NCBI RefSeq assembly: GCF_000014265.1
Contig: NC_008312.1
Coordinates: 2,520,001 to 2,552,000, forward strand
Reading direction: 5' to 3'
DNA length: 32,000 nt
Origin: Trichodesmium erythraeum IMS101
Lineage (GTDB): Bacteria; Cyanobacteriota; Cyanobacteriia; Cyanobacteriales; Microcoleaceae
This document shows positions 8,253-17,396 of the stretch, piece after piece. Positions within the stretch are counted from its first letter, which is position 1. Every line of letters starts with the position of its first letter. The position numbers were made by a program, and so were the translations under genes. The notes below the pieces were generated by a model. That model saw only the letters and a program-made list of their open reading frames with translations. It was not told where the DNA came from and made no database searches.

Positions 8253-8942
8253 ATGATTGATACAATTTTAGTTGTTCAAGGGCAAGAATTAAAGTCTGTG
8301 AAGCGTGGTCTTAGCTGTAGCTTATCTGTACCTCCAAAATTGTTACCTCTACCAATAGGCTTGACATCTGTTAGTCGCCATTTGCATCAGTGGCAAAAAA
8401 AAGAGGATTTTTGCTCTCAGCAACCATCAAATATATTAGTTATGGGATTGTGTGGAAGTCTCTCTAGTCAATATATGCCTGGAGATATAGTTATTTATGA
8501 TGAGTGTGTTTTACTTGATAAGTCTCAGTTGCTTAGGCAAAAGTGCAATAGCGTTTTAACTAATAAATTGCAAACTAATTTACCAAAAAAAGCATCTCTA
8601 GTAAGAGGTTTAACTAGCGATCACTTAATCTATAAAGCCGAGGAAAAACAATTACTGGGAAAAAACACTGGCGCAGCAGTAGTAGATATGGAAGGTTTTG
8701 CTATTCTGAATTTCTGCGCTAAGTTATCTATTTCGGTGGCGATGGTGAGGGTAATTAGCGATGACTGTCATCATGATATTCCTGATCTCTCTTCTACTAT
8801 AACATCATCAGGAAATTTGCGACCCTTACCATTAGCGATCGCTATGTTTCGGCAACCAATTGCTGCTTGGCAACTTATTCGAGGTGCCAGCAAAGGATTA
8901 CAAGTTTTGCAACAGGTGACAAGCTGTCTTTTTACGGATTAA
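8253..8942 (+). CDS. PNP_UDP_1-family phosphorylase / nucleosidase-like protein (MTA/SAH-nucleosidase or HpnG-like)
   Basis: ILVMGLCGSL...PGDIVIYDE and AAVVDMEGFAIL...VRVISDD are typical of the family. The ORF opens at GTG 8178, but the first 25 codons overlap the repeat end and are not family-like, so ATG 8253 (MIDTILVVQG) is preferred. Confidence 0.7.
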   Translation: MIDTILVVQGQELKSVKRGLSCSLSVPPKLLPLPIGLTSVSRHLHQWQKKEDFCSQQPSNILVMGLCGSLSSQYMPGDIVIYDECVLLDKSQLLRQKCNSVLTNKLQTNLPKKASLVRGLTSDHLIYKAEEKQLLGKNTGAAVVDMEGFAILNFCAKLSISVAMVRVISDDCHHDIPDLSSTITSSGNLRPLPLAIAMFRQPIAAWQLIRGASKGLQVLQQVTSCLFTD

Positions 8943-8959
8943 AAAAAAGCGGTCATTTT

Positions 8960-9019
8960 AGTCATCAGTTATCAGTTATCAGTTATAACTTATTAGCCAT
9001 TAGTTATAAGTTATCAGTA
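8960..9019. repeat. STRR-like tandem heptamer tract (TCAGTTA and variants)
   Basis: agtcatc agttatc agttatc agttata acttatt agccatt agttata agttatc ag, directly after the phosphorylase stop. Confidence 0.8.
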
Positions 9020-9283
9020 CCTCTAGCAGAAGCATTCAGATGAAATACTAAAGTTTATTTTCTCTAGGAACCTTGAAAGAGCATACTTAAAACCTTGTTT
9101 TTTGGTAAGCACTGAGATTAAATTATTTTTTTTAAGGTGCGAGAAGCAGATTTCCAATCATCCTAAACCATCCAGAGTTTTTATTCTCCGGGAATTTTAA
9201 CTCTAAGTTGCTCACAGTTTATAGCTAGTTATAGTTAGCATATCTATTGTCTAATGGCGTGAGGGTTTTTCCACCTCAGCAGG

Positions 9284-9442
9284 TCAATACAGATAAATGG
9301 CTTGGTCACCAGGTCCGGTGTAGTAAGAATTGTCCCCTAATTTTTCTGCTGCCGGTATGCCCAAAATCTTATCTATGCATGAGCTTGAGTCACCGACTTC
9401 TCGTATTTTGAGAAACCCCGAAATTTGGTTGGCTATGAGCAT
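9284..9442 (-). CDS. Possible 52-aa small ORF immediately downstream of the Crp-family gene
   Basis: ATG 9440-9442 to TGA 9284-9286 reads MLIANQISGFLKIREVGDSSSCIDKILGIPAAEKLGDNSYYTGPGDQAIYLY. It falls below the ORF-track cutoff, has no clear SD, and is GC-richer than the surrounding spacer. Confidence 0.2.
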   Translation of the reverse strand: MLIANQISGFLKIREVGDSSSCIDKILGIPAAEKLGDNSYYTGPGDQAIYLY

Positions 9443-9479
9443 AATTTGTGTCAATGCTTTGCGAATTAACCAGCAAGCC

Positions 9480-10037
9480 CTAGTTAAAAAGAATTAAATA
9501 GTTACTCTGTGACCACCCAATTTTATTTTCCTTCTCCAACTCATTTAGTATTCGCGTAACAGTAACACGACTAGTACAAATAATTTCAGCTATTTCTTGA
9601 TGAGTTAAGCGAATATTAAGTATTTTCCCTTCTGGCAGTTGATTCCCAAATCGATCTGTTAACCATTTTAATAATCTCAGCAGTCGTAATTTAATTTTTC
9701 GAGAATGAATAATTCTTAATAGTTCTTGAGTTTTTTGAATATGAGAAAGCATTACCTCTTGAGCATAAAAATAGCTCTTTGGTAAAATACTTGCTTGCAC
9801 AATAGTTAAGCATTGAACTTGATAAGGATAAAAAGGAAATAGAGGTTGACCAACAATATCTCCTTGACCCCAAAATCCTAGAGTAATAACATTTTTTTCT
9901 TCATTTTTACTTAAAGTGCGAACTACTCCAGTATCTATTCGCCATAATAATATATCTGTTAATGGCATGAGTTGATGACGTTTAAATTGATGATGCCTCA
10001 ACTTAGGGGATGCAGTCATTACTGAATTTAAGGTCAC
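9480..10037 (-). CDS. Crp/Fnr-family transcriptional regulator
   Basis: The C-terminal HTH is LTHQEIAEIICTSRVTVTRILNELEKENKI and the N-terminal domain is a cNMP-binding-like beta-roll (GFWGQGDIVG). GTG start with AGGAG 8 nt upstream. Confidence 0.8.
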   Translation of the reverse strand: MTLNSVMTASPKLRHHQFKRHQLMPLTDILLWRIDTGVVRTLSKNEEKNVITLGFWGQGDIVGQPLFPFYPYQVQCLTIVQASILPKSYFYAQEVMLSHIQKTQELLRIIHSRKIKLRLLRLLKWLTDRFGNQLPEGKILNIRLTHQEIAEIICTSRVTVTRILNELEKENKIGWSQSNYLILFN

Positions 10038-10382
10038 TTTTATTCTCCTGTTTATGTTGCATAATAATTATTTTTATAAGTATTTAGCTGTCAGTCATCA
10101 GCTACAGTACTTCCCGCTGTAATGAGGAGAAGATTTAGCGGTTAAAATGTCTATACCATAAGGGTTTTACTATTAAAAATAGTATATCATTTATCCGAAA
10201 TCTGCTGTATTATTTATAATTTTTAAGTAATTTGTGAAGTGAGAATAATTAATAAATAAAAGCAGAAAAATAAATTAAATTATGAACAATTACTACTTAT
10301 TAATTATTCGTTTAGTATAGCTTAAGACTGACATTTTTTTGCCATGCAACAATTAATTCTCAGCTAATTATTTTTGAGAAAA

Positions 10383-10757
10383 TTAATTGTGAGTTGCTGG
10401 ATTTTTAGCTTGGGAATAAAATCGTCGTGAATTAGCTTTAAATACTTGTAAAAATGGTTTTTTTTGATTATTGTTTTCTTCATAATCCCTACAATTTATT
10501 GCTGTTTCAGTTAGTGCGCTATAGGGATGTACAGTACATTTTAAACGATAGTCTCCTGTGAAAAATGTACAGCGACTACAAGGAATTTGATGCAGTCGTT
10601 TTACATAATTTATTCCTGAGTGAAACGTCAAATAAAAATTATACAAACTAATAGTAATTAGTGATATAATACCAATCATAAAAAATACATGAGCTAGGCT
10701 TTGAACTATCTCTTGGTGAAATAAATTAATCATAGTTTCAACTCTATACTGAATCAA
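10383..10757 (-). CDS. Hypothetical small membrane protein with a Cys-rich C-terminal domain
   Basis: One clear TM segment (VFFMIGIISLITISLYNFYLTF) is followed by PCSRCTFF...LKCTVHP...INCRDY (CxxC plus two more Cys). The start is uncertain (Met1 or Met9). Confidence 0.5.
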   Translation of the reverse strand: MIQYRVETMINLFHQEIVQSLAHVFFMIGIISLITISLYNFYLTFHSGINYVKRLHQIPCSRCTFFTGDYRLKCTVHPYSALTETAINCRDYEENNNQKKPFLQVFKANSRRFYSQAKNPATHN

Positions 10758-11395
10758 TACTTAGTGAAAAAATCCTAGTTAGAGGTAGTAATACAACTAA
10801 CCAAAAACTGAAGCGATCACTTATATTATATGTAATCTCAATAATAAAATTCAGACTATCTCCAGAACCATTATAGTATCAAACCATTTAATCATCCGCC
10901 TGAAAATTGTCATAGTAATTAAATGTGTAGGAAGTAATCTCAAGGGTGGCGCGAGATCGCTTCCTGTCGCTCCGTTGTAGTCACTGATCATCTACAATGG
11001 AACTCATTATTGGGATTTGATATGACTGCATTGAGAATTTAAAAATAATATCAAATGATCAACTGTTGTTGTTCATAAAATAACTAACTAATTAGTAATT
11101 ATGATCTTCTGCTTAACTACCGTGCAAATATCAACAATAGAGTGTAAGCACTCAGTAGTAAGCTAGCATCTTACAGAAAAATTGCCGCTTCATTACCTTT
11201 AGTTGAAAACTCAAAGTCGTTTTCTTTGTGTTTCAATTCTTTGATTGAAAATATAGTATAAGTTAAGGGAATACCTACTTTATTCATTAAAACACTGAGA
11301 GATGACTGGGAGCTAGCTGAATGTTTATAATAGACTATAATTTTAACAGGACATAAGGCTTTGAGAAGCTTTTTTGAAGGGCTCTAATAGAACAT

Positions 11396-12139
11396 TTAAC
11401 TTGCTATTGCTTGTGGAGTGATATTTGATGAAACCAGGCTATTTTCTTGCCAAAATTCTAGAAGTGGTTGTCCTACATTTAGAGGTGAAAAATGATGGAA
11501 AAAATAACCACCTTCAGGGCATTCCCAAATGCGATCTTCTGGTTTTAAAAACGGTTGCCATCCTTGAATTAAATTAGGATCAACAATTGTATCATCGTAG
11601 CTGCCACATACCATTAAAGGTACAGGAGATTCTCTTGGAACCATACTTTGGCGTTTTAATAATGAATGAGGGGATGGAGATAAATCTAAATCTCTCTCCA
11701 ATATTTTCACTAAATTTTGAGTAATTTTTTTACCTTGTTCACCAAATAAACTTTTTACCATATTCCTCAAAATTATTTCACGACTACAAGGTAAAAGATA
11801 ACGATGTACATAATAATGTGCTTGCCAATCAACTGTGGGATGAACACCTACAGATAATAAGGTTAAAGATTTGACTCTTTCTGGATATTTACGAGCATAC
11901 ATTAATCCTACTAATCCACTTGTACTATGACCAATAAGATGAATAGGTCTATTTATAGATTTGAGATAATCATGAAGTAAAGTTACAGCTATATCAAGAA
12001 GACAAGGTTCGTCGGGAGTTTGCAAATAATCCCATTCTGCAATTAAAATTTTTCTCGATAAGTAACGAATTAATCGCTGATTAAAAACTTTTAGACTCGG
12101 GCTAGTATTTAACCACAATACATCTGGAATTTTAGACAT
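11396..12139 (-). CDS. Alpha/beta-fold hydrolase (isiC-like position downstream of isiB)
   Basis: Nucleophile elbow GHSTSG, with later D and H residues in the usual order (SYDDTIVD, FFHHF). Same strand, 267 nt downstream of the flavodoxin gene. Confidence 0.8.
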   Translation of the reverse strand: MSKIPDVLWLNTSPSLKVFNQRLIRYLSRKILIAEWDYLQTPDEPCLLDIAVTLLHDYLKSINRPIHLIGHSTSGLVGLMYARKYPERVKSLTLLSVGVHPTVDWQAHYYVHRYLLPCSREIILRNMVKSLFGEQGKKITQNLVKILERDLDLSPSPHSLLKRQSMVPRESPVPLMVCGSYDDTIVDPNLIQGWQPFLKPEDRIWECPEGGYFFHHFSPLNVGQPLLEFWQENSLVSSNITPQAIAS

Positions 12140-12406
12140 TGCTTTTCTGTTCTCCTAGGTTATTAAGGTACTAATAAATAGTACCTTTGAGTAAAAAATA
12201 ATTTTTGGAGAAGGAAGTGTCTGAAATCAGAAGTATAAATTGACCTTTTCTAGTAGAATTTTTTTTAGTTTCAACTAGATATTGCTCAAATATTCTTTTC
12301 ATTTTTCTCCGAAAGCTTCCTTCTCCTAGAAGTTTTGAACGTTAAAGGAATTTCTCTGATTTAATCAACCTTAGTCAAATCTGAGAATTTTGCTGATTCA
12401 ACCAGA

Positions 12407-12922
12407 CTAAACCCCAAATTCTGTTTTCAGTTGCTTTACCCATTCTTTGATCCGTTCATCTGTTAAATCGGCTTGATTATCATCATCTAGAGCTAAACCT
12501 ACAAACTTGCCATTTTTGACTGCTTTGGAATCTTCATGATCATAACCCTCTGTAGACCAAGACCCAATAGTAGTACCTCCAAGCCCAGTGATTTTTTCCT
12601 CCAAAATACCCATGGCATCCTGAAAATTATCAGCATATCCTATTTGATCACCTGTACCAAAATAGGCCACTTTTTTGCCGGTGAATTTTACATTATCTAG
12701 TTCTTCACTATAGAAACCACTCCAGTCACTTTGTAGTTCACCAACATCCCAAGTAGGACAACCAATAATTACATTTTGATAACCATCAAAATCTTCGGGA
12801 CTTGCCTCGGATATGTCATGGATAGTAACTACATCGTCACCACCAAATTCCTCCTTAATCTTTTCTGCAGCTTCTTCAGTTTTACCTGTTGTGGTACCGA
12901 CAAAAAGACCAATTTTTGACAT
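12407..12922 (-). CDS. isiB: Long-chain flavodoxin
   Basis: Near-identical in pattern to Anabaena/Nostoc flavodoxin: KIGLFVGTTTGKTE (FMN phosphate loop), CPTWDVGELQSDW, YFGTGDQIGYADNFQDA, KFVGLALDDDNQ. Confidence 0.95.
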   Translation of the reverse strand: MSKIGLFVGTTTGKTEEAAEKIKEEFGGDDVVTIHDISEASPEDFDGYQNVIIGCPTWDVGELQSDWSGFYSEELDNVKFTGKKVAYFGTGDQIGYADNFQDAMGILEEKITGLGGTTIGSWSTEGYDHEDSKAVKNGKFVGLALDDDNQADLTDERIKEWVKQLKTEFGV

Positions 12923-14070
12923 TTTTACCTCCGTAGTAGTAGTTTTTTTTGTCTTAATACGTAAGATTTTAGCTTATCATATTCTAATATGTTTAAAAAA
13001 AAGAATGTCTTTGAATAATTTAGTCAACAAAAATAGTTATATTCAGATATATACTTCGTACAATAAAATTGCTTCAGAGTAAAAATGTAACAACAGCTCA
13101 GTCTAGCTGACTATTGATTATTTAAAACACTCCAAGCCTTTGTGGCAAATATTTATCACCCTTGGTATGAGGCATTAAAATTTTTCAGGTATTACAGCAT
13201 CGGAGCGGAAATTATTATTTACAGGGAGTGAATAGTAAAACTATTGTGGTGCGGGCATATTCTCCCTAAATTTTTCCTCGCTAGCAGCGGGAAGTGCTGT
13301 ATGTAATACCAATTTCTAAGAATCAATAAAATTATATAATCTCATTGTTTCAGATAATTTATAGCCATACTTGAGAAAATTGGTGTCAGAATTGAAAGTT
13401 TGTTATTTCTGGATTATCATAATTAGTTAGAATCTGCTTTAAGACTGTCTGCATAAAAAATAGTTATTTTTGAATTTTGATTTTTCTCTGAAGTAATAAC
13501 TAACTGCTACCCTCAAAACCTATTTATCAATATGATATCCTAGGGGAAGAGTTGATAAATATTTTCAATAAGTCTGGGAAACAAGTCTTAGTATAATTAT
13601 CTATAACTATATTTACTGTTGATTAATTATTGCGATGTAGTTCAGTTTGAAATATAAGTAGCATAAAATAGATAGTTGGTAGTTATTACAGGTTAAGCAA
13701 GATAGATTATAAACAACAGTTAAAACCTTCTAAGCTACTACCAAGTAATGGCTACCGAACAAAACGCTAACAGAGATATATCGCAAATTTCTTCTCACTC
13801 AAGTAACTACTGATAAAAAAAGTAGCTGCACTACAGAAATTAATCTGAAATCATTATGATTCTTAGGTGAAAACTTCATTTCTAGATCATATGTAATATT
13901 TAGGCTGCATTGTCATTTAATTCACCATAAGGAATTTGGTATTTATAATTAAGATAAATGAGAAAGATTTCTATTTATTAATTATATTAACTCATAACTA
14001 GAGTTAGTTTGTCAAGCCTGAAAGGCAAATTTTTTTATCACAGAAATTTTTCGTTTCCCGAAACACTTGC

Positions 14071-14097
14071 AGGGAGAATATCTACGCTCTCCCTACT
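14071..14097 (-). terminator. Hairpin ~85 nt downstream of the isiA stop (weak terminator candidate)
   Basis: agggaga-atatctacgc-tctccct gives a 7-bp stem and 10-nt loop. No clear U-tract follows on the minus strand, so this is only a structural observation. Confidence 0.25.
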
Positions 14098-14181
14098 GTA
14101 AGCTTTCCAGATACATAGTTTGAAAGTTGGAATTTGACAAATCACACTTAAAAACTCCAAATCTCAAACAGGTAAATTAGA

Positions 14182-15216
14182 TTAAGATTCTTCTGCTACG
14201 CCATTCAAAGCATCTTCTACGCGCTTAAAGTCAAAACCTATAGCTCTCAGAGCGTGCCATAAATGACCTTGCAAGAAAAAGAACGATAAGAAGAAATGAG
14301 CATTTGTCAACCAACAACGAGCAGTATGAGCACCATTAGGCAACTTGACACTGTCGGCAAAATAAGGAGTAATTCCTAACTTAATATCCAAAACAGGACC
14401 GTAAAATTCTACAGGATAAGCCAAAGTATTAACAGCACAGAAATAAGTTGCAACAAACCCTGCTAGGGCAATTCCACCTAGAGAGTAAGAAAGAATTGCT
14501 TCACCAGAGAAGATGAGAACCCGTTTTGCCCAAGGAAGGGGTTCCTTAATAATGTGCCAAATGCCACCTAAAACTAGAATAAATCCCACATAAATGTGAC
14601 CTCCAACTAGGTCTTCTAAACTATTAACAGTGGCGAAATGAGTTTGATATCCATATATTACCAATGGATCGAGAGTGGGATTTGTTACTAAACGAACTGT
14701 TTGAGTTGTCGCATCATAAAGCCCATCGAAATACATAGCTTTTGCTGCTAATAATAAAGCACCAAATCCTAAGAAAAGTAGGTGATGGCCTAAGATAATA
14801 CCTAGCTTTTTTGGATCATCCCATTCAAAGTGAAATTGCTTCGCTTGACCTGTTGCATCCTTTAAATTTGCTGGAGCTTTAAAGGTGTGAAAAAGTGCTC
14901 CTGCTCCTAATACTGCTGATGAAATTAGATGTACAATACCAACTACAAAATAGGGATAAGTGTCTACAACTGCTCCACCTTTTCCAATACCTAAGCCTAA
15001 AGTTGCTAGGTGAGGAAGTAAGATTAAACCCTGTTCACCCATAGGTAAATCTGGGGAATATAAAGATATTTCAAATAGAGTAAATGCTCCAGCCCAAAAA
15101 GTAATTAGAGCAGCTTGACCTGCATGAGCAGATATGAATAAACCAGATAATTTAGCGAAGCGAGCATTTCCAGCCCACCAATCGTATTTAACTTCTGGAC
15201 TACCATAAGTTTGCAT
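14182..15216 (-). CDS. isiA: Iron-stress-induced chlorophyll-binding protein IsiA (CP43')
   Basis: A 344-aa CP43-like protein lacking the large lumenal loop. N-terminus [15 protein letters not shown], six TM helices with conserved His (HLISSA, HHLLFLG, GHLWHA). Confidence 0.95.
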   Translation of the reverse strand: MQTYGSPEVKYDWWAGNARFAKLSGLFISAHAGQAALITFWAGAFTLFEISLYSPDLPMGEQGLILLPHLATLGLGIGKGGAVVDTYPYFVVGIVHLISSAVLGAGALFHTFKAPANLKDATGQAKQFHFEWDDPKKLGIILGHHLLFLGFGALLLAAKAMYFDGLYDATTQTVRLVTNPTLDPLVIYGYQTHFATVNSLEDLVGGHIYVGFILVLGGIWHIIKEPLPWAKRVLIFSGEAILSYSLGGIALAGFVATYFCAVNTLAYPVEFYGPVLDIKLGITPYFADSVKLPNGAHTARCWLTNAHFFLSFFFLQGHLWHALRAIGFDFKRVEDALNGVAEES

Positions 15217-15371
15217 TAAGTTTTGCCTCTTTGAATTATAATCAATAGTTTATCGAAACAGTAAATACTAATTTTTATACAATAATTAGTCGCTGTTAAT
15301 GTTCAATATTATTCAATAAGTCAATCAAAAAAACAGTATGATCAATTACTTTTTTTAAAAGAAATTATAAA

Positions 15372-15401
15372 AATAATTAATCATCTATTAATTTGATGAT
15401 T
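15372..15401. promoter_or_regulatory. Candidate Fur-box-like AT-rich hexamer array upstream of isiA
   Basis: aataat taatca tctatt aatttg atgatt resembles tandem NAT(A/T)AT units, ~155-185 nt upstream of the isiA ATG. The AT-rich background makes chance matches likely. Confidence 0.2.
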
Positions 15402-16047
15402 TGGTGCTAAGTTATAATCGATTAATCCCTGAAATATTCAGCTATTCAGCCGTAATAATTCCGGGAAAATTATATATTTTTAACCACTAAAAAATAGATG
15501 ACATTTCTGTCAAAAAAAACACTGATATTAGGAAATTTTTCTCGCTAAAAATCTAACAACTATGTCAGTATTAGGGATAAAACTGCCTAAATATAAACTC
15601 TAATTTTCTGTGATATTTGTGATCTTATCCCACTATCAAATTGTCATTGACTTGATATTCAGTCCTGTTTTATATTTTTGTTTAGGAGTCGAAGATCTTT
15701 CTTTAGTTACTAATTGTGGTATCATGCCTTCAATCAAAATAAATATATCTGGCCACTAATTTATAGTGGTCATTTTTTTCTCTTCAAAGTTAGATGGCCA
15801 TTACTAGTCTATAAACCAATAGTTTTTGATTTTAGACTAAAGGATTCATGGTTAATGACAACTGTCACTACATCTGGCCTTTTGATTTATAAGTATATTA
15901 CATACTTATTGCAACTAATATTCAATAATTTACTAATTTTGTCAAGGTTTTTTTGAAATTATTTATCATTAATTTTTGCAAATACATATTTAAGTGTTTA
16001 TAAATATTCTTAATGCAAATTTTTTTTAGTAAAATCTCAAAAAAGTA

Positions 16048-16076
16048 TTGACAAATTTTATCATTAGCTTCATAAT
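16048..16076 (+). promoter_or_regulatory. Orphan near-consensus sigma70-type promoter (TTGACA-17 nt-CATAAT) in the isiA/kinase gene desert
   Basis: ttgaca at 16048-16053, a 17-nt spacer, then cataat at 16071-16076. No ORF follows. Confidence 0.3.
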
Positions 16077-16303
16077 ACAAATTACATTGCTTATGGTGTT
16101 CTTCTCTCTGGTAGGACAACGTATATTAAATTAGTCGAGTCCCTCGGTCACAATGATGATATTTCATTGATAGACTGGAAAGCAATTGGGGACTCTTTAT
16201 TATTTTGAGCTAAGAACTTGAGAAGGCTTGAAAGAACGAAGTTATACCAAATAAACTTGGGAGTAGAATCTTATAAGAAACTGAGTTGATGGAAGGTAGA
16301 TGG

Positions 16304-16594
16304 TAGCATGGTAGAGCATTTAATGCTTGAGCAAAAATAATTGACTTTTTTAGACTAAGACTACCGAATTTGAAGTTATAAGGTATTGGTTCATTTCTAG
16401 AGAGCGATCGCTTCCAAGTTATAAAATTTTCTTGGTATGGGAATACAGATATTAGTATGGTAGAGCATTTAATACTTGACGAGGAATAATTAACTGTTTT
16501 AGACCAAGACTACCGAATTTGAAGTTATAAGGTATTGGTTAATTTCTAGAGAGCGATCGCTTCCAAGTTGTAAGATTTTCTTGGTACAGGAACA
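16304..16594. repeat. Two tandem copies of a ~145-bp non-coding repeat, each containing a HIP1 site
   Basis: Copy 1 is 16304-16446 and copy 2 is 16453-16594. The 3' two-thirds (agactaccgaatttgaagttataaggtattggtt.atttctagagagcgatcgcttccaagtt) are nearly identical; the 5' thirds are more diverged. Confidence 0.85.
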
Positions 16595-17134
16595 AAAAGG
16601 TAGTAGAAAACTATGAAAGAAAATAGTTAACACATCTTGGCAACACTTCAAATCTGAAACACCCTCCTCATTGTCGGTTTCTTTGTGGTTTTCTTGACTT
16701 TATTTCTGATGCCATTATCTCTGGTAAGCTAATTCTTTTCTTAACTTTCTTTGTGCTAGATAATAGACTAACAAATACAATCATAATCATTGCTACTGCT
16801 TCTAATCTTTCTTGGTTTTTTACAAATACGCGCTTATGCAAAAAACGTAAAAAACAACGAGTGTTTCAAAAATTTTAACCCTCTCTCATTACATTGTTGG
16901 GTTTTGCATTCCCCTTCCAAAAGGTCTATATTTTGGATAGATAGGATAACTAATGGTTCTTTCATACTTTTTTTCTTTGTTGACTTGACTTTCATTGATT
17001 ATAAAAATAAAGAGCCTGAAATAATTTTCAGATAATCATCTCAGCCTTTATGATCAACCCAATTCACTCCGGTATAAAATCTGTTTCAATATCTGCTGAA
17101 TTTTGGCTACAAAATAATTAAAGCCTATTCTTCA

Positions 17135-17347
17135 ATGATAGCTTTAGTTAATGATGAACAACAGGAAGCTCTCAGACTCGCAGAAGCAACAGCAGACCAT
17201 TGTAATCACAAAGTTGAATATGATAAGGAGCAGTTAATAGATCTCAATAACTTATTAGATGTTGCAAGTATGCTCCAACCTGATATAGTATTAGCAGTGA
17301 TAGGCATGGAGTTTTTCTTATCTATTATGATAAAAAAATTGAGATGA
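17135..17347 (+). CDS. Possible 70-aa ORF upstream of the Ser/Thr kinase
   Basis: ORF only, with no SD and no recognised family. An acidic helical N-terminal half is followed by a hydrophobic C-terminus (IVLAVIGMEFFLSIMI). Confidence 0.25.
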   Translation: MIALVNDEQQEALRLAEATADHCNHKVEYDKEQLIDLNNLLDVASMLQPDIVLAVIGMEFFLSIMIKKLR

Positions 17348-17390
17348 CTTTTAATTTTTAATTTTTGACTTTTAATTTTAACTTTTAACT
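17348..17390. repeat. Tandem heptamer tract (TTTTAAT/TTTTAAC/TTTTGAC) abutting the kinase start codon
   Basis: cttttaa tttttaa tttttga cttttaa ttttaac ttttaac, ending 6 nt before ATG 17397. Confidence 0.75.
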
Positions 17391-17396
17391 TCCATA

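Noticed and set aside
13257-14081. An 11-bp inverted repeat (atattctccct at 13257-13267 and agggagaatat at 14071-14081) spanning ~800 bp of the isiA-isiB spacer.
   Set aside because: Many 11-mer inverted matches are expected by chance in 32 kb of biased-composition sequence, and there is no extended similarity around the cores.
14182-15216. An IsrR-type antisense RNA inside isiA.
   Set aside because: IsrR is known from Synechocystis, but an internal antisense promoter cannot be identified reliably by eye here. It is mentioned only as something to test by RNA-seq.
15571-15585. A shared 15-mer, tattagggataaaac, at ~15571-15585 and ~29439-29453.
   Set aside because: A single short match in AT-rich DNA is within chance expectation, and the flanks are not similar.
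16304-16594. A possible CRISPR array (also considered for 28657-28997).
   Set aside because: There are only two or three long units (143-226 bp) placed directly head to tail. There is no alternation of short conserved repeats with unique spacers, and no cas genes are present in the window.
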